From assembly GCA_963768655.1 (NCBI GenBank), contig CAVYIM010000003.1:160001-224000 (forward strand): DNA of 64,000 nt, written 5' to 3'. The position numbers were made by a program, and so were the translations under genes. The stretch comes from an uncultured Chloroflexia bacterium. GTDB taxonomy: Bacteria > Chloroflexota > Limnocylindria > Limnocylindrales > CSP1-4. The notes under the pieces are model-generated. The model made no database searches. It was not told the origin of the DNA and saw nothing but the letters and a program-made list of their open reading frames with translations. Below are positions 15,486 to 25,594 of the stretch, in pieces (positions within the stretch are counted from its first letter, which is position 1; each line of letters starts with the position of its first letter).

Positions 15486-15617
15486 CCGGGCGATCGTCCC
15501 CGGCCGCCAATCGCCGGTGGCTGCGCGCCCGCGCCCAGACGCCGGGCGGCTCGACCCGGCCAGCAACAGCCGCTCGCGAGCCTCGAGCCCAGGCGCGCGG
15601 GCCTCAGGGCACAGGCC

Positions 15618-17330
15618 TCAGGGCACCCGCCGGTAGACGCTCAGGCTTCGGTTCGGGGCGGGCGAGAAACGCTCCACGAACTGCAGCCCCTGGCCCGCCG
15701 ACGCGCTACTGAGCCAGCGAGCCTCTATAGTCGGGTCGCCGCAGCCGCTCGTGACCCACTCCGAGTCGCACAGGACCACGACGGTGCCGGCGTCGCCGGG
15801 CGTGGCCAGCGTCGCCCCGTCGTAGCTCAGGGGGTAGCTATAGGCGGCGGCGCTCTTGAACGCGGGCAGGTTGATGAGCGCTATCGAGCCGCCCTGGGCA
15901 TCCGCCTCGAGCCGTTGCGCGGCGGCGTGGGCGGCCGGCCAGCCGCCGTCGGGGGAGGTGAGCGGCGGCCAGTGGCTGACACCGAGGACCGTCAACCCGG
16001 CGAGCATGCCGATCGCGAGCGATCGACCGAGCCACGCCCTCGAAGCGCGGGCCTCTCGCCATAGCCCGCCCACGACCAGTGCCGCGCCGATGATGACAAG
16101 TACATCGGCGACGGAGTGGTATTGCTCCTGGTCCACGGGCTCCACCTGCGAAATCTGTTTGAGGCACAGGCTGAGCACTAGGGCGATGACGAGCAGTGAT
16201 CCGCCGACGAAACGAACGCCTTCGCGCTCGTGGTCCGCAGCGTGGGCCGTGTCCTGTCCCCTCGCGAAGGAACCCGCCACCCGCCAGACCACACCTACGA
16301 CGACGGCGACGGCCGCGACGAAGGCAAGGGCAGCGCCCGGCCTGAAGTCGTCGAGCGGCCAGTACATCAGCGGCCAGACGACGATCCTCATGCTGCCAAA
16401 CGCAACCTCGGCCAGGGGACCGCCGGCAGGTGGGCTCGGCTGGTTGAAGGCCAGCATCGCCCTGGTCTCGGCAAAGTCGTGGCCCAGTTCGTACAGGATC
16501 AATGGCAACCACGTCAGGACGAACAGGCCGGCGCCGGCGAAGCCCCATGTGAGGAGGCGGCGCCTCTCCCCCGAAGGACCCCGCCGCAACGCCATTGCGA
16601 ACAGCGTGGCCATCGGGAGCACGAGCACAAGCCCCGTGAGGTGGGCCTGCGAGGCCAGGGCGGTGCCGGACGCGGCGACCAACCACCAGCGAGGCTGGTG
16701 CGTCCTCCACGCCTGCCAGGCGCCCAGGCAGGCCAGTGCGGTGCCCGTCTCGAGGAGGACGGGGTTCCACAAGAACGTGGAGTAGCCGATCAGGCTCGGC
16801 GACACGGCGGCCAGAAGTGCCGCGGCGAGTCCCGCGGCAGGACCGCCGATCGAACGCGCCGTCCACCAGACCAGAGGGACCACGGCAACGCCGAATAGCG
16901 CGACGGCAAAGACGAGAGCCGCGGGATTGCCGTTGCTGAGCCATGCGGCGGGGATCATGAGATCGTAGAAGAGAGCCCCGTGGTGGAACGCTCCTCCCGT
17001 GCTGTAGGCCATCGGCCCAAAGGTCGGCAGGCGGCCCGTCACGACCGCGTTCCAGATGGCAGCCATCTGCGTGCCCTGGTCCGAATCCCAGATGCCGCGA
17101 GCCGGCAGGTTCACGAGCCTGTCCGCCGCGGCCAGCAGGAAGATCGCGGCCAGGCAGGCCGCCTCGCGTTCGTTGGAGCCGATGCGGGCGCCGAAGCTTC
17201 GCGCCGGCGCAGCGAGGCCTCTCGATTCATCGAGTCGGGACTGGTCGCGTGGCTCCCGGGAATCAGCCGGCTCCGGCAAGTCCGGCGGAGCGGCACCCTT
17301 CATTTCTTGTTTGGCGTCTGCTGGTTTCAA
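15618..17330 (-). CDS. ArnT/PMT-like (GT-C) membrane glycosyltransferase
   Basis: WDSDQG after first TM, FHHGALFYDL, WNP; many TMs; paralog of the adjacent gene. Confidence 0.8.
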   Translation of the reverse strand: MKPADAKQEMKGAAPPDLPEPADSREPRDQSRLDESRGLAAPARSFGARIGSNEREAACLAAIFLLAAADRLVNLPARGIWDSDQGTQMAAIWNAVVTGRLPTFGPMAYSTGGAFHHGALFYDLMIPAAWLSNGNPAALVFAVALFGVAVVPLVWWTARSIGGPAAGLAAALLAAVSPSLIGYSTFLWNPVLLETGTALACLGAWQAWRTHQPRWWLVAASGTALASQAHLTGLVLVLPMATLFAMALRRGPSGERRRLLTWGFAGAGLFVLTWLPLILYELGHDFAETRAMLAFNQPSPPAGGPLAEVAFGSMRIVVWPLMYWPLDDFRPGAALAFVAAVAVVVGVVWRVAGSFARGQDTAHAADHEREGVRFVGGSLLVIALVLSLCLKQISQVEPVDQEQYHSVADVLVIIGAALVVGGLWREARASRAWLGRSLAIGMLAGLTVLGVSHWPPLTSPDGGWPAAHAAAQRLEADAQGGSIALINLPAFKSAAAYSYPLSYDGATLATPGDAGTVVVLCDSEWVTSGCGDPTIEARWLSSASAGQGLQFVERFSPAPNRSLSVYRRVP

Positions 17331-17337
17331 GCCCCAC

Positions 17338-19002
17338 TCACTGCGACCGAAGATAGACGGTGATAATTCGGTCCGGAGCGGCCGCGAATCGATCCACCTG
17401 CGTCAGGCCGGGCGGCTGGGTGGCGAGCCATCCGGCCTCGGCCTGGCCGCCGCAGCCCTCCAGCCAGAAGGAATCGCATAGCACGACAACGACGCTGGCC
17501 CGGTCGACCTCTACCAGGGTAGTGCCATCGCGCGCCAGTGGGTAGGCGTAAGCATCGCTGCCCTTCTCCTCGAAGAGCGGGACGAGCGCCACCGGGGCAC
17601 CGCCGGAGATGCGTTCGATCCTCGTCGCCGCAGCCTGGGCGGCGGGCCAGCCCCCGTCCGGCGAGGTGAGCGGCGGCCAGTTCCCGACGTTCCAGGCGAC
17701 CAGACCTAGCAGGGCCAAGAGGGCGGCGCCACGGCCGATCTGCCTCGCCAGGCCGCCGCTTCCGGCCCGCCAGAGACCTCCCAGGACGAGCCCCGCAGCG
17801 ACGAGCACCAGCGGGTCGGCAACGACGTGGTACTGCTCCGTGGGCAGCTCCTGGAGCTGTGAGACTGCCTTGAGGCCAAGGCCGAGGGCGAGGATGAGGA
17901 GCACGAGCATCCCGCCGACGAAGCGGAGCCCCGCGAGCTCCTCGGTGGCGTCCCGCTCAGCCTTGCCTGCGGCGCGGTGCGGGGCATCCGCTGTCGCCCT
18001 GGCGGCCGAGGCCCGCGCGCCCGTCTTGACGATGCGCCAGACGAGCGCAATGGCCAGAGTGACGGCAACTGCCAGGGATGGCAGGAAAGCCGGCTTGAGA
18101 TTGACGAGCGGCCATCGGGTGAGAGGCCAGGCGAGGATCCGAATGGCGCTGAAGACGAGCCGGGTCAGCGGGTCGGCCACCGGCGTGGAATCCGGGCCGG
18201 TGAAGTAGCCGATGATGCCCCGTGTCTCGGCAAAGTCGTGGCTCAGCTCGCTCATGATCACCGGCAGGTACGAGAGCACCACCAGAGCCACTCCGGCTGC
18301 TCCCCAGGCCGTGACGCGACGCCGGCGGTCGCGCGCGCGCCGGAGATCGGCGAGGAAAGCGGCTGCCATCGGCACCACGATCACGCCGGCGGCAACGTGC
18401 GCCTGCATCGCCACGGCGCTGCCCGCGGCCGCCACCAGCCACCACTGTGGCCGCGCCGTGCGCCAGGCCTGCCAGGCGCCGAGGAACGCCACGGCCGCCC
18501 CCGGCTCGACGAGGGTCGGGTTCCAGATGAAAGTCGCGTAGCCGATCAGGCTGGCCGACACGGCTGCCAGGACGGCTGCCATCAAGCCGGCCACGGTTCC
18601 GCTGATCGAGCGGGCGATCCACCACACGATCGGGACGACGAGCAGACTCAGGAGCGCGATCTCCGCCACGACGAAGGTGGGGTCGCCGTTGCCCAGCCAC
18701 ACCGCCGGCAGCAGCAGGTCGTAGTACAGGGCTCCGTGGTGGAACGTGCCGCCGACGCTGATTGCCTGCGGCCCGAAGGTCGGCAGGCCCCCGCCGTTGA
18801 TCGCGTTCCGCAGCGCCAGCATCTCGGTGCCCTGGTCGGAATCCCAGCCGCCGCGCGCCGGCAGGTTGGCAAAGCGCGCTGCGGCGGCCACGACGAGGAT
18901 GGCGGCCAGGCAGCCGAGCTCGCGGACCTGCACCCCTAGGCGGGCGCTGACGCCGGCGACGCAGCGCGTGGGCAGGGACCTCAGACCGACGAGCCCGCTC
19001 AT
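17338..19002 (-). CDS. ArnT/PMT-like (GT-C) membrane glycosyltransferase
   Basis: ATG 19002 overlaps nfo stop (ATGA); WDSDQG, FHHGALYYDL, WPPLTSPDGGWPAA. Confidence 0.8.
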   Translation of the reverse strand: MSGLVGLRSLPTRCVAGVSARLGVQVRELGCLAAILVVAAAARFANLPARGGWDSDQGTEMLALRNAINGGGLPTFGPQAISVGGTFHHGALYYDLLLPAVWLGNGDPTFVVAEIALLSLLVVPIVWWIARSISGTVAGLMAAVLAAVSASLIGYATFIWNPTLVEPGAAVAFLGAWQAWRTARPQWWLVAAAGSAVAMQAHVAAGVIVVPMAAAFLADLRRARDRRRRVTAWGAAGVALVVLSYLPVIMSELSHDFAETRGIIGYFTGPDSTPVADPLTRLVFSAIRILAWPLTRWPLVNLKPAFLPSLAVAVTLAIALVWRIVKTGARASAARATADAPHRAAGKAERDATEELAGLRFVGGMLVLLILALGLGLKAVSQLQELPTEQYHVVADPLVLVAAGLVLGGLWRAGSGGLARQIGRGAALLALLGLVAWNVGNWPPLTSPDGGWPAAQAAATRIERISGGAPVALVPLFEEKGSDAYAYPLARDGTTLVEVDRASVVVVLCDSFWLEGCGGQAEAGWLATQPPGLTQVDRFAAAPDRIITVYLRSQ

Positions 19003-20054
19003 CCTGTCTCCCGAGTTCCAGCTCGTCCCGGCGTCTCGGCCCCAGCCCCGGCCTGCGACGCGGCACCGGCCCCGGCGTTCGGCGCGTACGTGGCCTGCGG
19101 TGCGGCCCCGGGCCTGGTCATCCGTCTGGGCAGGGGAGCGGGCGTGAGCGGTCTGCCCGTGACGAGGTCGCCGACCCGGGCCATGTTGACCGCGTCGAAG
19201 CCCTCCTCCATGCCGGGCGTCTCCAGGTAGAAGGTCACATGGCCCAGGGCCGGATGGAGGAGCAGGTACGCCAGTCCCACCGGCCCGATCCGTCCATTGC
19301 CCAGATGTTCGTGCCGGTCGTGCCGGGATCCGAGGCTCGAGGAGGTGTCGTTGAGGTGGATCATCCACAGCCTGTCCAGCCCGATGAGGCGGTCGAAATC
19401 GGCCAGCACGCGATCTATGACCGCCGGATCGGCGATGTCGTAGCCGGCGCCCCACAGGTGAGCCGTGTCCAGGCAGAAACCGATGCGGCTATCGAGGCCC
19501 CGTGCGGTGGCGGTCTCCAACACCGCCGCCAGCTGTTCGACGCTGACCCCGATGCCGTCGCCGCCCCCGGATGAGTTCTCGACGACCACCAGCGGGGCGC
19601 CCGGGCCGTCCGGTGCCTCGGCCAGCGCGCGCGACAGGCCTTCGACCAGTCGCGCGATGCCCGCCTCCACGCCGGCGCCGCGATGGGAGCCGGCGTGGAC
19701 GTTGACGAAGCGGGCCCCATAGGCAGGGGCCTGAACGAGCTCGTGGCGCAGAACGTCGACGGAGCGGCCGAAGAGGATGTCGTCGGCCCCTGCCAGGTTC
19801 ACGAGGTAAGCGGCGTGGATCGCCAGCGGCCCGATGTCGAGCTCGGCCAGACGCCTGCGGAAAGCGGGTGCTTCGGGCGGTGGCTCGGTTCGCCGCCGCC
19901 ACGCCGTGGGGTTGTCGCTGAATATCTGCAGCGCCGAAGCGCCGATCTCGCCGGCTCGTTCAGCGACCTTCAGAAGGCCGGGCCCGATGGGCAGATGCGG
20001 CCCGGCCCGGCGCCCGCCGGGCAGCTCGACACGCCGGCTCGTCGTGGCCGTCAC
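18999..20054 (-). CDS. nfo: Endonuclease IV (AP endonuclease)
   Basis: IHAAYLVNLA, VHAGS, VENSSG, CLDTAH, HLND, DRHEHLG, LETP. Confidence 0.92.
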   Translation of the reverse strand: MTATTSRRVELPGGRRAGPHLPIGPGLLKVAERAGEIGASALQIFSDNPTAWRRRTEPPPEAPAFRRRLAELDIGPLAIHAAYLVNLAGADDILFGRSVDVLRHELVQAPAYGARFVNVHAGSHRGAGVEAGIARLVEGLSRALAEAPDGPGAPLVVVENSSGGGDGIGVSVEQLAAVLETATARGLDSRIGFCLDTAHLWGAGYDIADPAVIDRVLADFDRLIGLDRLWMIHLNDTSSSLGSRHDRHEHLGNGRIGPVGLAYLLLHPALGHVTFYLETPGMEEGFDAVNMARVGDLVTGRPLTPAPLPRRMTRPGAAPQATYAPNAGAGAASQAGAGAETPGRAGTRETG

Positions 20055-20094
20055 GACATCCTGCCCCTCGTGGCGCGATGGCGGTCGATGGTCG

Positions 20095-20730
20095 TCAGTC
20101 CACCTTGTGGCCGTTTCGACCGGGCGTGTACTGGCCGGCAATCACCGGCTCGATCATCCCGTAGTCGCCGCCGTTGCGCTTGTACATGACGCACAGCCGC
20201 TCCGTCTCGGCGTTGACGAAGAGAAAGAAGACGTGACCGAGCTCCTCCATCCTCGCGACTGCGTCCTCTTCGAACATCGGCTCGATGGCGAAGCGCTTGG
20301 TCTTGACGATGCGCGAGCGACGGGCCTCCTCCTCAGGTCCCTCGATCTCCGTGGCCGCTGCGGCCCTGCTTGAGAGTGCCGGCTCGCTATCGTCGACGAT
20401 CCGTTTGCCCCTTCCGGCAGTCGGTCGAGCCTTGCCCCTGGGCTTCTCGCGGAAGTCCACCGCCTGGCGCTCGATGCGGTCGATGACTGTGTCGAGGCAG
20501 GCCTGGTAGCTCGGTCCCGCGGCGTGGCTGCGCAGGGGCTGGCCGTCGACGACGAGGGTCACCTCCACGATCTGCGAGTCCGTGCTGCTGCGGTGCTGCT
20601 CGGTCGACAGCTCGACTACAGCTTCCGATCGATCGTCCAGGAATCGCTCCAGCCGGCGCATCTTGCGCTCGGCGTACTGCCTCACGGAATCCGGGACGTC
20701 GATGTTCTTGCCCTTGACGATCGTCCTCAC
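20095..20730 (-). CDS. hpf: Ribosome hibernation promoting factor, long form (HPF/RaiA)
   Basis: VKGKNIDV N-domain; PMFEEDAVARMEELGHVFFLF C-domain; RBS GGAGG. Confidence 0.94.
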   Translation of the reverse strand: MRTIVKGKNIDVPDSVRQYAERKMRRLERFLDDRSEAVVELSTEQHRSSTDSQIVEVTLVVDGQPLRSHAAGPSYQACLDTVIDRIERQAVDFREKPRGKARPTAGRGKRIVDDSEPALSSRAAAATEIEGPEEEARRSRIVKTKRFAIEPMFEEDAVARMEELGHVFFLFVNAETERLCVMYKRNGGDYGMIEPVIAGQYTPGRNGHKVD

Positions 20731-20865
20731 GGCCTACCTCCGCAAAGCAATTGGCGCGTCCAGCCGACCTTCGGCCGACAACTGGCGCGCATCTCGTAGA
20801 GCCGCTACCACGCGGCCAGTATAGGAGCCGTTGCCGGCTCTCCGTCCCTGTCGTTCCCGGCGAAT

Positions 20866-21576
20866 TCAACGCTCTCGCGCCACCGTCAGAGCCGAAACCG
20901 CGACTGCCCCGGCGTCGTATAGCGCCTCGGCGCAGGCGACCAGAGTCGAGCCCGTGGTGACAACGTCGTCGATGAGAATCGGCCACCTGCCTTTCACCGC
21001 CGAACCCGTGCCGGCCCGCAGAGCGAAGGCCCCGCTGACGTTGTCCCGCCGAGCGCGGCGCCCCAGCTCGAACTGGGGAGTGGTGTGGCGCGTCCGCTCG
21101 AGGGGCGCCTGCCACGGAACGTGGAGTCGGTCCGAGGCGGCTGCCGCCAGCAGGAAGGCCTGATCGTAGCCGCGCCTCCTGGCCCGCTCCGCGTGCACCG
21201 GAACGGGGACGAGCATCTCCCCGCCGACGCCGACCGCTTCCCAACGCGTTGCCATTGCTGCCGCAAGCGGCGCGGCCAGTCGCCGCTCCCCGGAGTACTT
21301 GAGCCGGTGCAGCGCCATTCGGACCACCCCCGAGAAAGGCGCGCACCACTCCAGCTGCACCAGCGGCACCGGCATCGTCGCCGGTAGCCCGAGCGGGACG
21401 CCCGGGGGCAGCGCCAGGCGAACGTCCAGCGCGCGCCGACATCTGAGGCACAGCACCGTTCCCTCGGCCGCGCAGCCGGCGCAACTTGCCGGCAGCGCCA
21501 GATCGAGCAACGCTCCGCCCAGACGAGCCGCCCGCGCAACGCCGCCGATCCTGTTCGTCGCTGCCTGCGCTGCCAT
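20866..21576 (-). CDS. comF: ComF-family protein (zinc ribbon + PRTase)
   Basis: CAGC..CLRC, LKY, VPVP, RGYDQA, LIDDVVTTGST; TAGCTT 6 nt before ATG. Confidence 0.92.
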   Translation of the reverse strand: MAAQAATNRIGGVARAARLGGALLDLALPASCAGCAAEGTVLCLRCRRALDVRLALPPGVPLGLPATMPVPLVQLEWCAPFSGVVRMALHRLKYSGERRLAAPLAAAMATRWEAVGVGGEMLVPVPVHAERARRRGYDQAFLLAAAASDRLHVPWQAPLERTRHTTPQFELGRRARRDNVSGAFALRAGTGSAVKGRWPILIDDVVTTGSTLVACAEALYDAGAVAVSALTVARER

Positions 21577-21777
21577 GTCGGGAAGCTAGTCCCGGCCGCT
21601 TACTCGCCACGTACTTCGCGCTTATCCGCCGGGCGGGCGATGCCGGGGCAGCCGACGCACGCAAAGCCGGCGCCCGCAAGGCCGACGCCGGGGCGGACCC
21701 GGCCAGGTTCGACGTGGCCCCCGCGGTCGCCGAGGCCACTGGGGCCGCCGGGGCTACCGTGAAGTCGGTGCCAGTTT

Positions 21778-22164
21778 CTATCGTGGCTCGATCGCTATCT
21801 CGTCGCCCACGGCCGTCGCCGACTGGTCGATCGTTCCGGGCGGCAGCTCCAGGACTCCCTTCGCACCGCCGACGCGCCACACGACGCCGCGCCACGGCGG
21901 TACGGCTCGATGCAGCGATAGGACCCGGCGCGGCCCATCGCGCCTGTCCGCCGGCGGTGCAACGAAAACGACGTCGATCGCGAAACGCATGAACAGCATG
22001 TGGATGCCGTTTTCTCCCGGTAACCACAGTCCGTCTCCTCGCGGCAGCGACGAGCGACCCATGAGGCCCATGAACTTGGACCAGAAAGAGGAACCGTCCT
22101 CGAGCCGCTCGGCCAGCACGGTCCCCCGGCTGGTGTTGCGGGCCACCAGAAGCGGCCTGCTCAC
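21778..22164 (-). CDS. DUF192-family protein
   Basis: GLMGR, IHMLFMRFAIDVVF, VLELPPG. Confidence 0.88.
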   Translation of the reverse strand: MSRPLLVARNTSRGTVLAERLEDGSSFWSKFMGLMGRSSLPRGDGLWLPGENGIHMLFMRFAIDVVFVAPPADRRDGPRRVLSLHRAVPPWRGVVWRVGGAKGVLELPPGTIDQSATAVGDEIAIEPR

Positions 22165-22180
22165 CTGCCCGGAACCCCGC

Positions 22181-23135
22181 TCACCGGGTCGGGATGCCGC
22201 CGCCGGAGAAGGTCTTCACCAGCGAGATGATGGCCGGGCCGAGAATGACGACGAATAGCGACGGGAAGATGCAGCCGACAAGCGGGAACAGCATCTTGAT
22301 CGGCGCCTTGGCGGCCATCTCTTCGGCTCGCTGGCGGCGCTCGATTTCGGAGCTGCTCGGACTGAACCTGCAGCACCTTGGAGATCGAAACGCCCAGCGT
22401 CTCGGCCTGGATGATCGCGCCGATGAAGTTGGACAGGGGCTGGACGTTGGTCCGCGGAATCATGTCGCGCAGAGCCTCGCGCCGGGCCTTGCCCACGCGC
22501 ACCTCGGCCAGCGCCCGCCGGAACTCGTCGGTCAGTGGACCGGGCAGCTTCTCGACCACCTTGGCCAGCGCGGCGTCGAAGCCGAGACCGGCGCGCACGG
22601 AGATCGTCAGCAGGTCCAGCGTGTCCGGGATCATCTTGAGGATGACCTTCTGGCGAGCCTTGATCCTGCGGCCGAGCCAGAACTCGGGCGCAAGGTAGCC
22701 GATGAAGAAGCCGATGGCGCCGAACAAGACAGGCCGGGCCAGGTCGCCAGGCTTGGCGATCCCCCCGCCGGCCACGACGCCCAGCAACACGAACAGGACG
22801 ACGGCCGTGCCGATGCCCACCAGCATCTTCACGCCCATCCAGTCCGCCAGCCGCATGTCGCCCGGATTGCCTGCGAGCGCGAGTCTCTTCTCGGCCGTTT
22901 CGGACGACGAGGCGCTGCTCAGCCGCGACCCCGTCCGCGACAGTCGTGCGATGAGGGGGCGCAGGGTGCGTTCGGCGAAGGGCTGCTGGAGTTCGAGCTC
23001 TTCGAGATTGCGGGCCTGGATGTTGCCCAGCTGAGTCAGCCGGGCCTGGACCGGATCGACCGATCCGCCGCTGGCGAGAGCCACGAAGATCAGGAAGATC
23101 CCGAGGCCCGCCACGCCGGCAAGGACGTACACCAT
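22181..23135 (-). CDS. tadC: Tad pilus membrane platform protein TadC, one apparent extra base at 22345-22347
   Basis: [18 protein letters not shown]; removing one A restores [40 protein letters not shown], stop at 22181. Confidence 0.9.
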
Positions 23136-23136
23136 G

Positions 23137-24144
23137 TCAGACCTCGATGCTGATGATGCTGCGGATGATCATGAACCCGATGAACATGTTGATCCCGGCA
23201 AGGCACAAGACGATCAGGCCCACCGGCAGATTGAAGATCCCCGGCGGATTCTCGAACATGGGCTGCATGAACTTGGGGGCAATGACGAACAGGACGCCCA
23301 CCAGGCCGATCGGCAGGAAGGCGACCAGGTAACCGGACATTCGCTGCTGCGCGGTCAGGGTCCTGATCTCGCCCTTGATCCTGACGCGCTCGCGGATGGT
23401 GAAGGCGATCGAATCCAGGATCTCGGCCAGGTTGCCGCCGACCTGGTGCTGGATCGTGATGGCCGTGGCCATCAGCTCGAGATCGTCCGAGCGCACGCGG
23501 CGGACCATGTTGTCGAGCGCGACGTCGAAGGCAAGGCCAAGGTTGACCTCGCGGACGACGCGTCCGAACTCGGTCGTGATCGGCGGCTGGGCCTCGCGCA
23601 CGACCATCTCGATGGCCTGCAGGAACGAGGAGCCCGCCCGCAGGGCGTTGGCGATCAGCGTGATCGTGTCGGGCAGCTGCTTGTTGAAGGCATTGAGGCG
23701 CGACGCGCGGCGGCGGCCCAGCCAGAAGCGCGGCAGCCAGGCGCCGATGGCGGCACCTATCAGGAGCCCCAACGGAGACGAAAGCGGCTGTAGAACGAGG
23801 CCCAGGAACAGGAACAGGAAGGGGATGCCCACGATGGACCCGATCCAGAGCGCGATGAACTCGCCCGGCTTGAGCTTGAGATCGGCGCGCGCGATGTCGC
23901 GGGCCAGGTTCGCGCCGAAGTCGCGCTGCTCCACGATCTTGTTCAGGCGGGCCAGGGCGACGCTCTGAGAAAGTACGTCGCCGATTCCGACGCCCGGCTG
24001 GACGGTCGTAGTGGTGGCCTCGGGCTTGCTCGCGGTATAGCGCTCGAGCCGGGCGCTGATTCCCGATCCGCGCCCGGAAGTCGCCAGACCGATGAACACG
24101 AGAATGATCCCCAAGCCCAGGATCAGCGCGACGATGACGACCAT
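23137..24144 (-). CDS. tadB: Tad pilus membrane platform protein TadB
   Basis: QLPDTI..ALRAGSS, QVGGNLAEIL, IRER. Confidence 0.92.
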   Translation of the reverse strand: MVVIVALILGLGIILVFIGLATSGRGSGISARLERYTASKPEATTTTVQPGVGIGDVLSQSVALARLNKIVEQRDFGANLARDIARADLKLKPGEFIALWIGSIVGIPFLFLFLGLVLQPLSSPLGLLIGAAIGAWLPRFWLGRRRASRLNAFNKQLPDTITLIANALRAGSSFLQAIEMVVREAQPPITTEFGRVVREVNLGLAFDVALDNMVRRVRSDDLELMATAITIQHQVGGNLAEILDSIAFTIRERVRIKGEIRTLTAQQRMSGYLVAFLPIGLVGVLFVIAPKFMQPMFENPPGIFNLPVGLIVLCLAGINMFIGFMIIRSIISIEV

Positions 24145-24168
24145 GGCGGCCTCCCTGCCTCCGTTTCT

Positions 24169-25566
24169 CTACGCGAAGCCGAACAGGCCGCGCGGCAGGT
24201 GAATGCCCATCACTTCGAACTTCTCGACGAACTTGGGCCGGATGCCGGTCGGGCGGAGGCGGCCCTGGATCTTGCCTTCGACGACGCCGGTCTGTTCCCA
24301 GACGAAGACGTCCTGCATGACGATGACGTCGCCCTCCATGCCCTGGACTTCGGTGATGTTCACGATCCTGCGGGTGCCGTCCTTCAGGCGGGATTGGTGG
24401 ACGATGAGATCCACGGCGGAGGAGACCTGCTCCCGAATGGCTCGCAGAGGCAGGTCGACGCCGGCCATGAGCACCATCGTCTCGAGTCGGGCGAGCATGT
24501 CGCGGGGGCTGTTGGCATGGCCGGTGGACATCGAGCCGTCGTGGCCGGTGTTCATGGCCTGGAGCATGTCCAGCGCCTCGCCGCCTCGGCACTCGCCGAC
24601 GATGATTCGATCGGGCCGCATTCGGAGGCAGTTGCGGACGAGCTCGCGGATCGGGATGGCGCCGCGGCCTTCGATGTTCGGTGGCCGCGACTCGAGGGTT
24701 ACCACGTGCTCCTGACGGAGCTGGAGTTCGGCCGCATCCTCGACGGTGATGATGCGCTCGTCGTTCGGGATGAACGACGAGAGCACGTTGAGGGTCGTCG
24801 TCTTGCCCGAACCGGTTCCACCTGACACGAAGATGTTCAGGCGCGCTTCCACGCAGGCGCGCAGGAAGTCGAACATCTCCGGTGTCGACGTGCCGAAGCG
24901 GATCAGGTCGTCGACGGTGAACGGCGAGGCGGAGAACTTTCGGACGGTGATCACGGGCCCGATCAGGGACAGCGGCGGGATGATGGCGTTGACGCGGGAG
25001 CCGTCCGTCAGGCGTGCGTCGACCATCGGACTCGACTCGTCGATGCGGCGGCCGATCGGGGCGATGATCCGATCGATGATGCGCATCACGTGGTCGTCGT
25101 TCTGGAAGACGACGTTGGTGAGCTCCAGCCGGCCGTTGCGCTCGATGTACACCTGGCGCGGCCCGTTGACCATGATTTCAGTCACGGTCTCGTCGCGGAG
25201 CAGCGGCTCCATTGGCCCGAGACCGATGATCTCGTCGGTGATCTGCTCGAGCATGCGAACACGCTCGGCGCGAGTGAGAGCCAGGCCCTCCTCGTCGATG
25301 ACCCGTCCGAAGATCTCCTCGATCTGGCGACGAACCTCGACCTGGTTGGCCAGGTCGAGCTTGGGGTCCAGATCCTGGATGACCCGCGACTGGATCCGGA
25401 ACTTGACTTCTCGCAGGGATTCCCGAACGGGAGCCTGACTGAGGAGTCGTTGGCCGGAGGGTGCGGCGGGAACTCCCGGAGTTCCGGGAGGTGCGGCCGG
25501 CCCGCCGCCTGGCGCGCCTGGCGCCACGCCCGGTCGAGCGCTCTCGATTCGCTTCAGAAGGGACAT
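24169..25566 (-). CDS. cpaF: Tad pilus ATPase CpaF/TadA
   Basis: [29 protein letters not shown]. Confidence 0.96.
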   Translation of the reverse strand: MSLLKRIESARPGVAPGAPGGGPAAPPGTPGVPAAPSGQRLLSQAPVRESLREVKFRIQSRVIQDLDPKLDLANQVEVRRQIEEIFGRVIDEEGLALTRAERVRMLEQITDEIIGLGPMEPLLRDETVTEIMVNGPRQVYIERNGRLELTNVVFQNDDHVMRIIDRIIAPIGRRIDESSPMVDARLTDGSRVNAIIPPLSLIGPVITVRKFSASPFTVDDLIRFGTSTPEMFDFLRACVEARLNIFVSGGTGSGKTTTLNVLSSFIPNDERIITVEDAAELQLRQEHVVTLESRPPNIEGRGAIPIRELVRNCLRMRPDRIIVGECRGGEALDMLQAMNTGHDGSMSTGHANSPRDMLARLETMVLMAGVDLPLRAIREQVSSAVDLIVHQSRLKDGTRRIVNITEVQGMEGDVIVMQDVFVWEQTGVVEGKIQGRLRPTGIRPKFVEKFEVMGIHLPRGLFGFA

Positions 25567-25594
25567 CGCCTACACCCCTTGCTCGCCCGAAGGG

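Noticed and set aside
20731-20865. raiA-motif RNA between comF and hpf
   Set aside because: Only 135 bp with a TATACT box and one hairpin; too short for that motif
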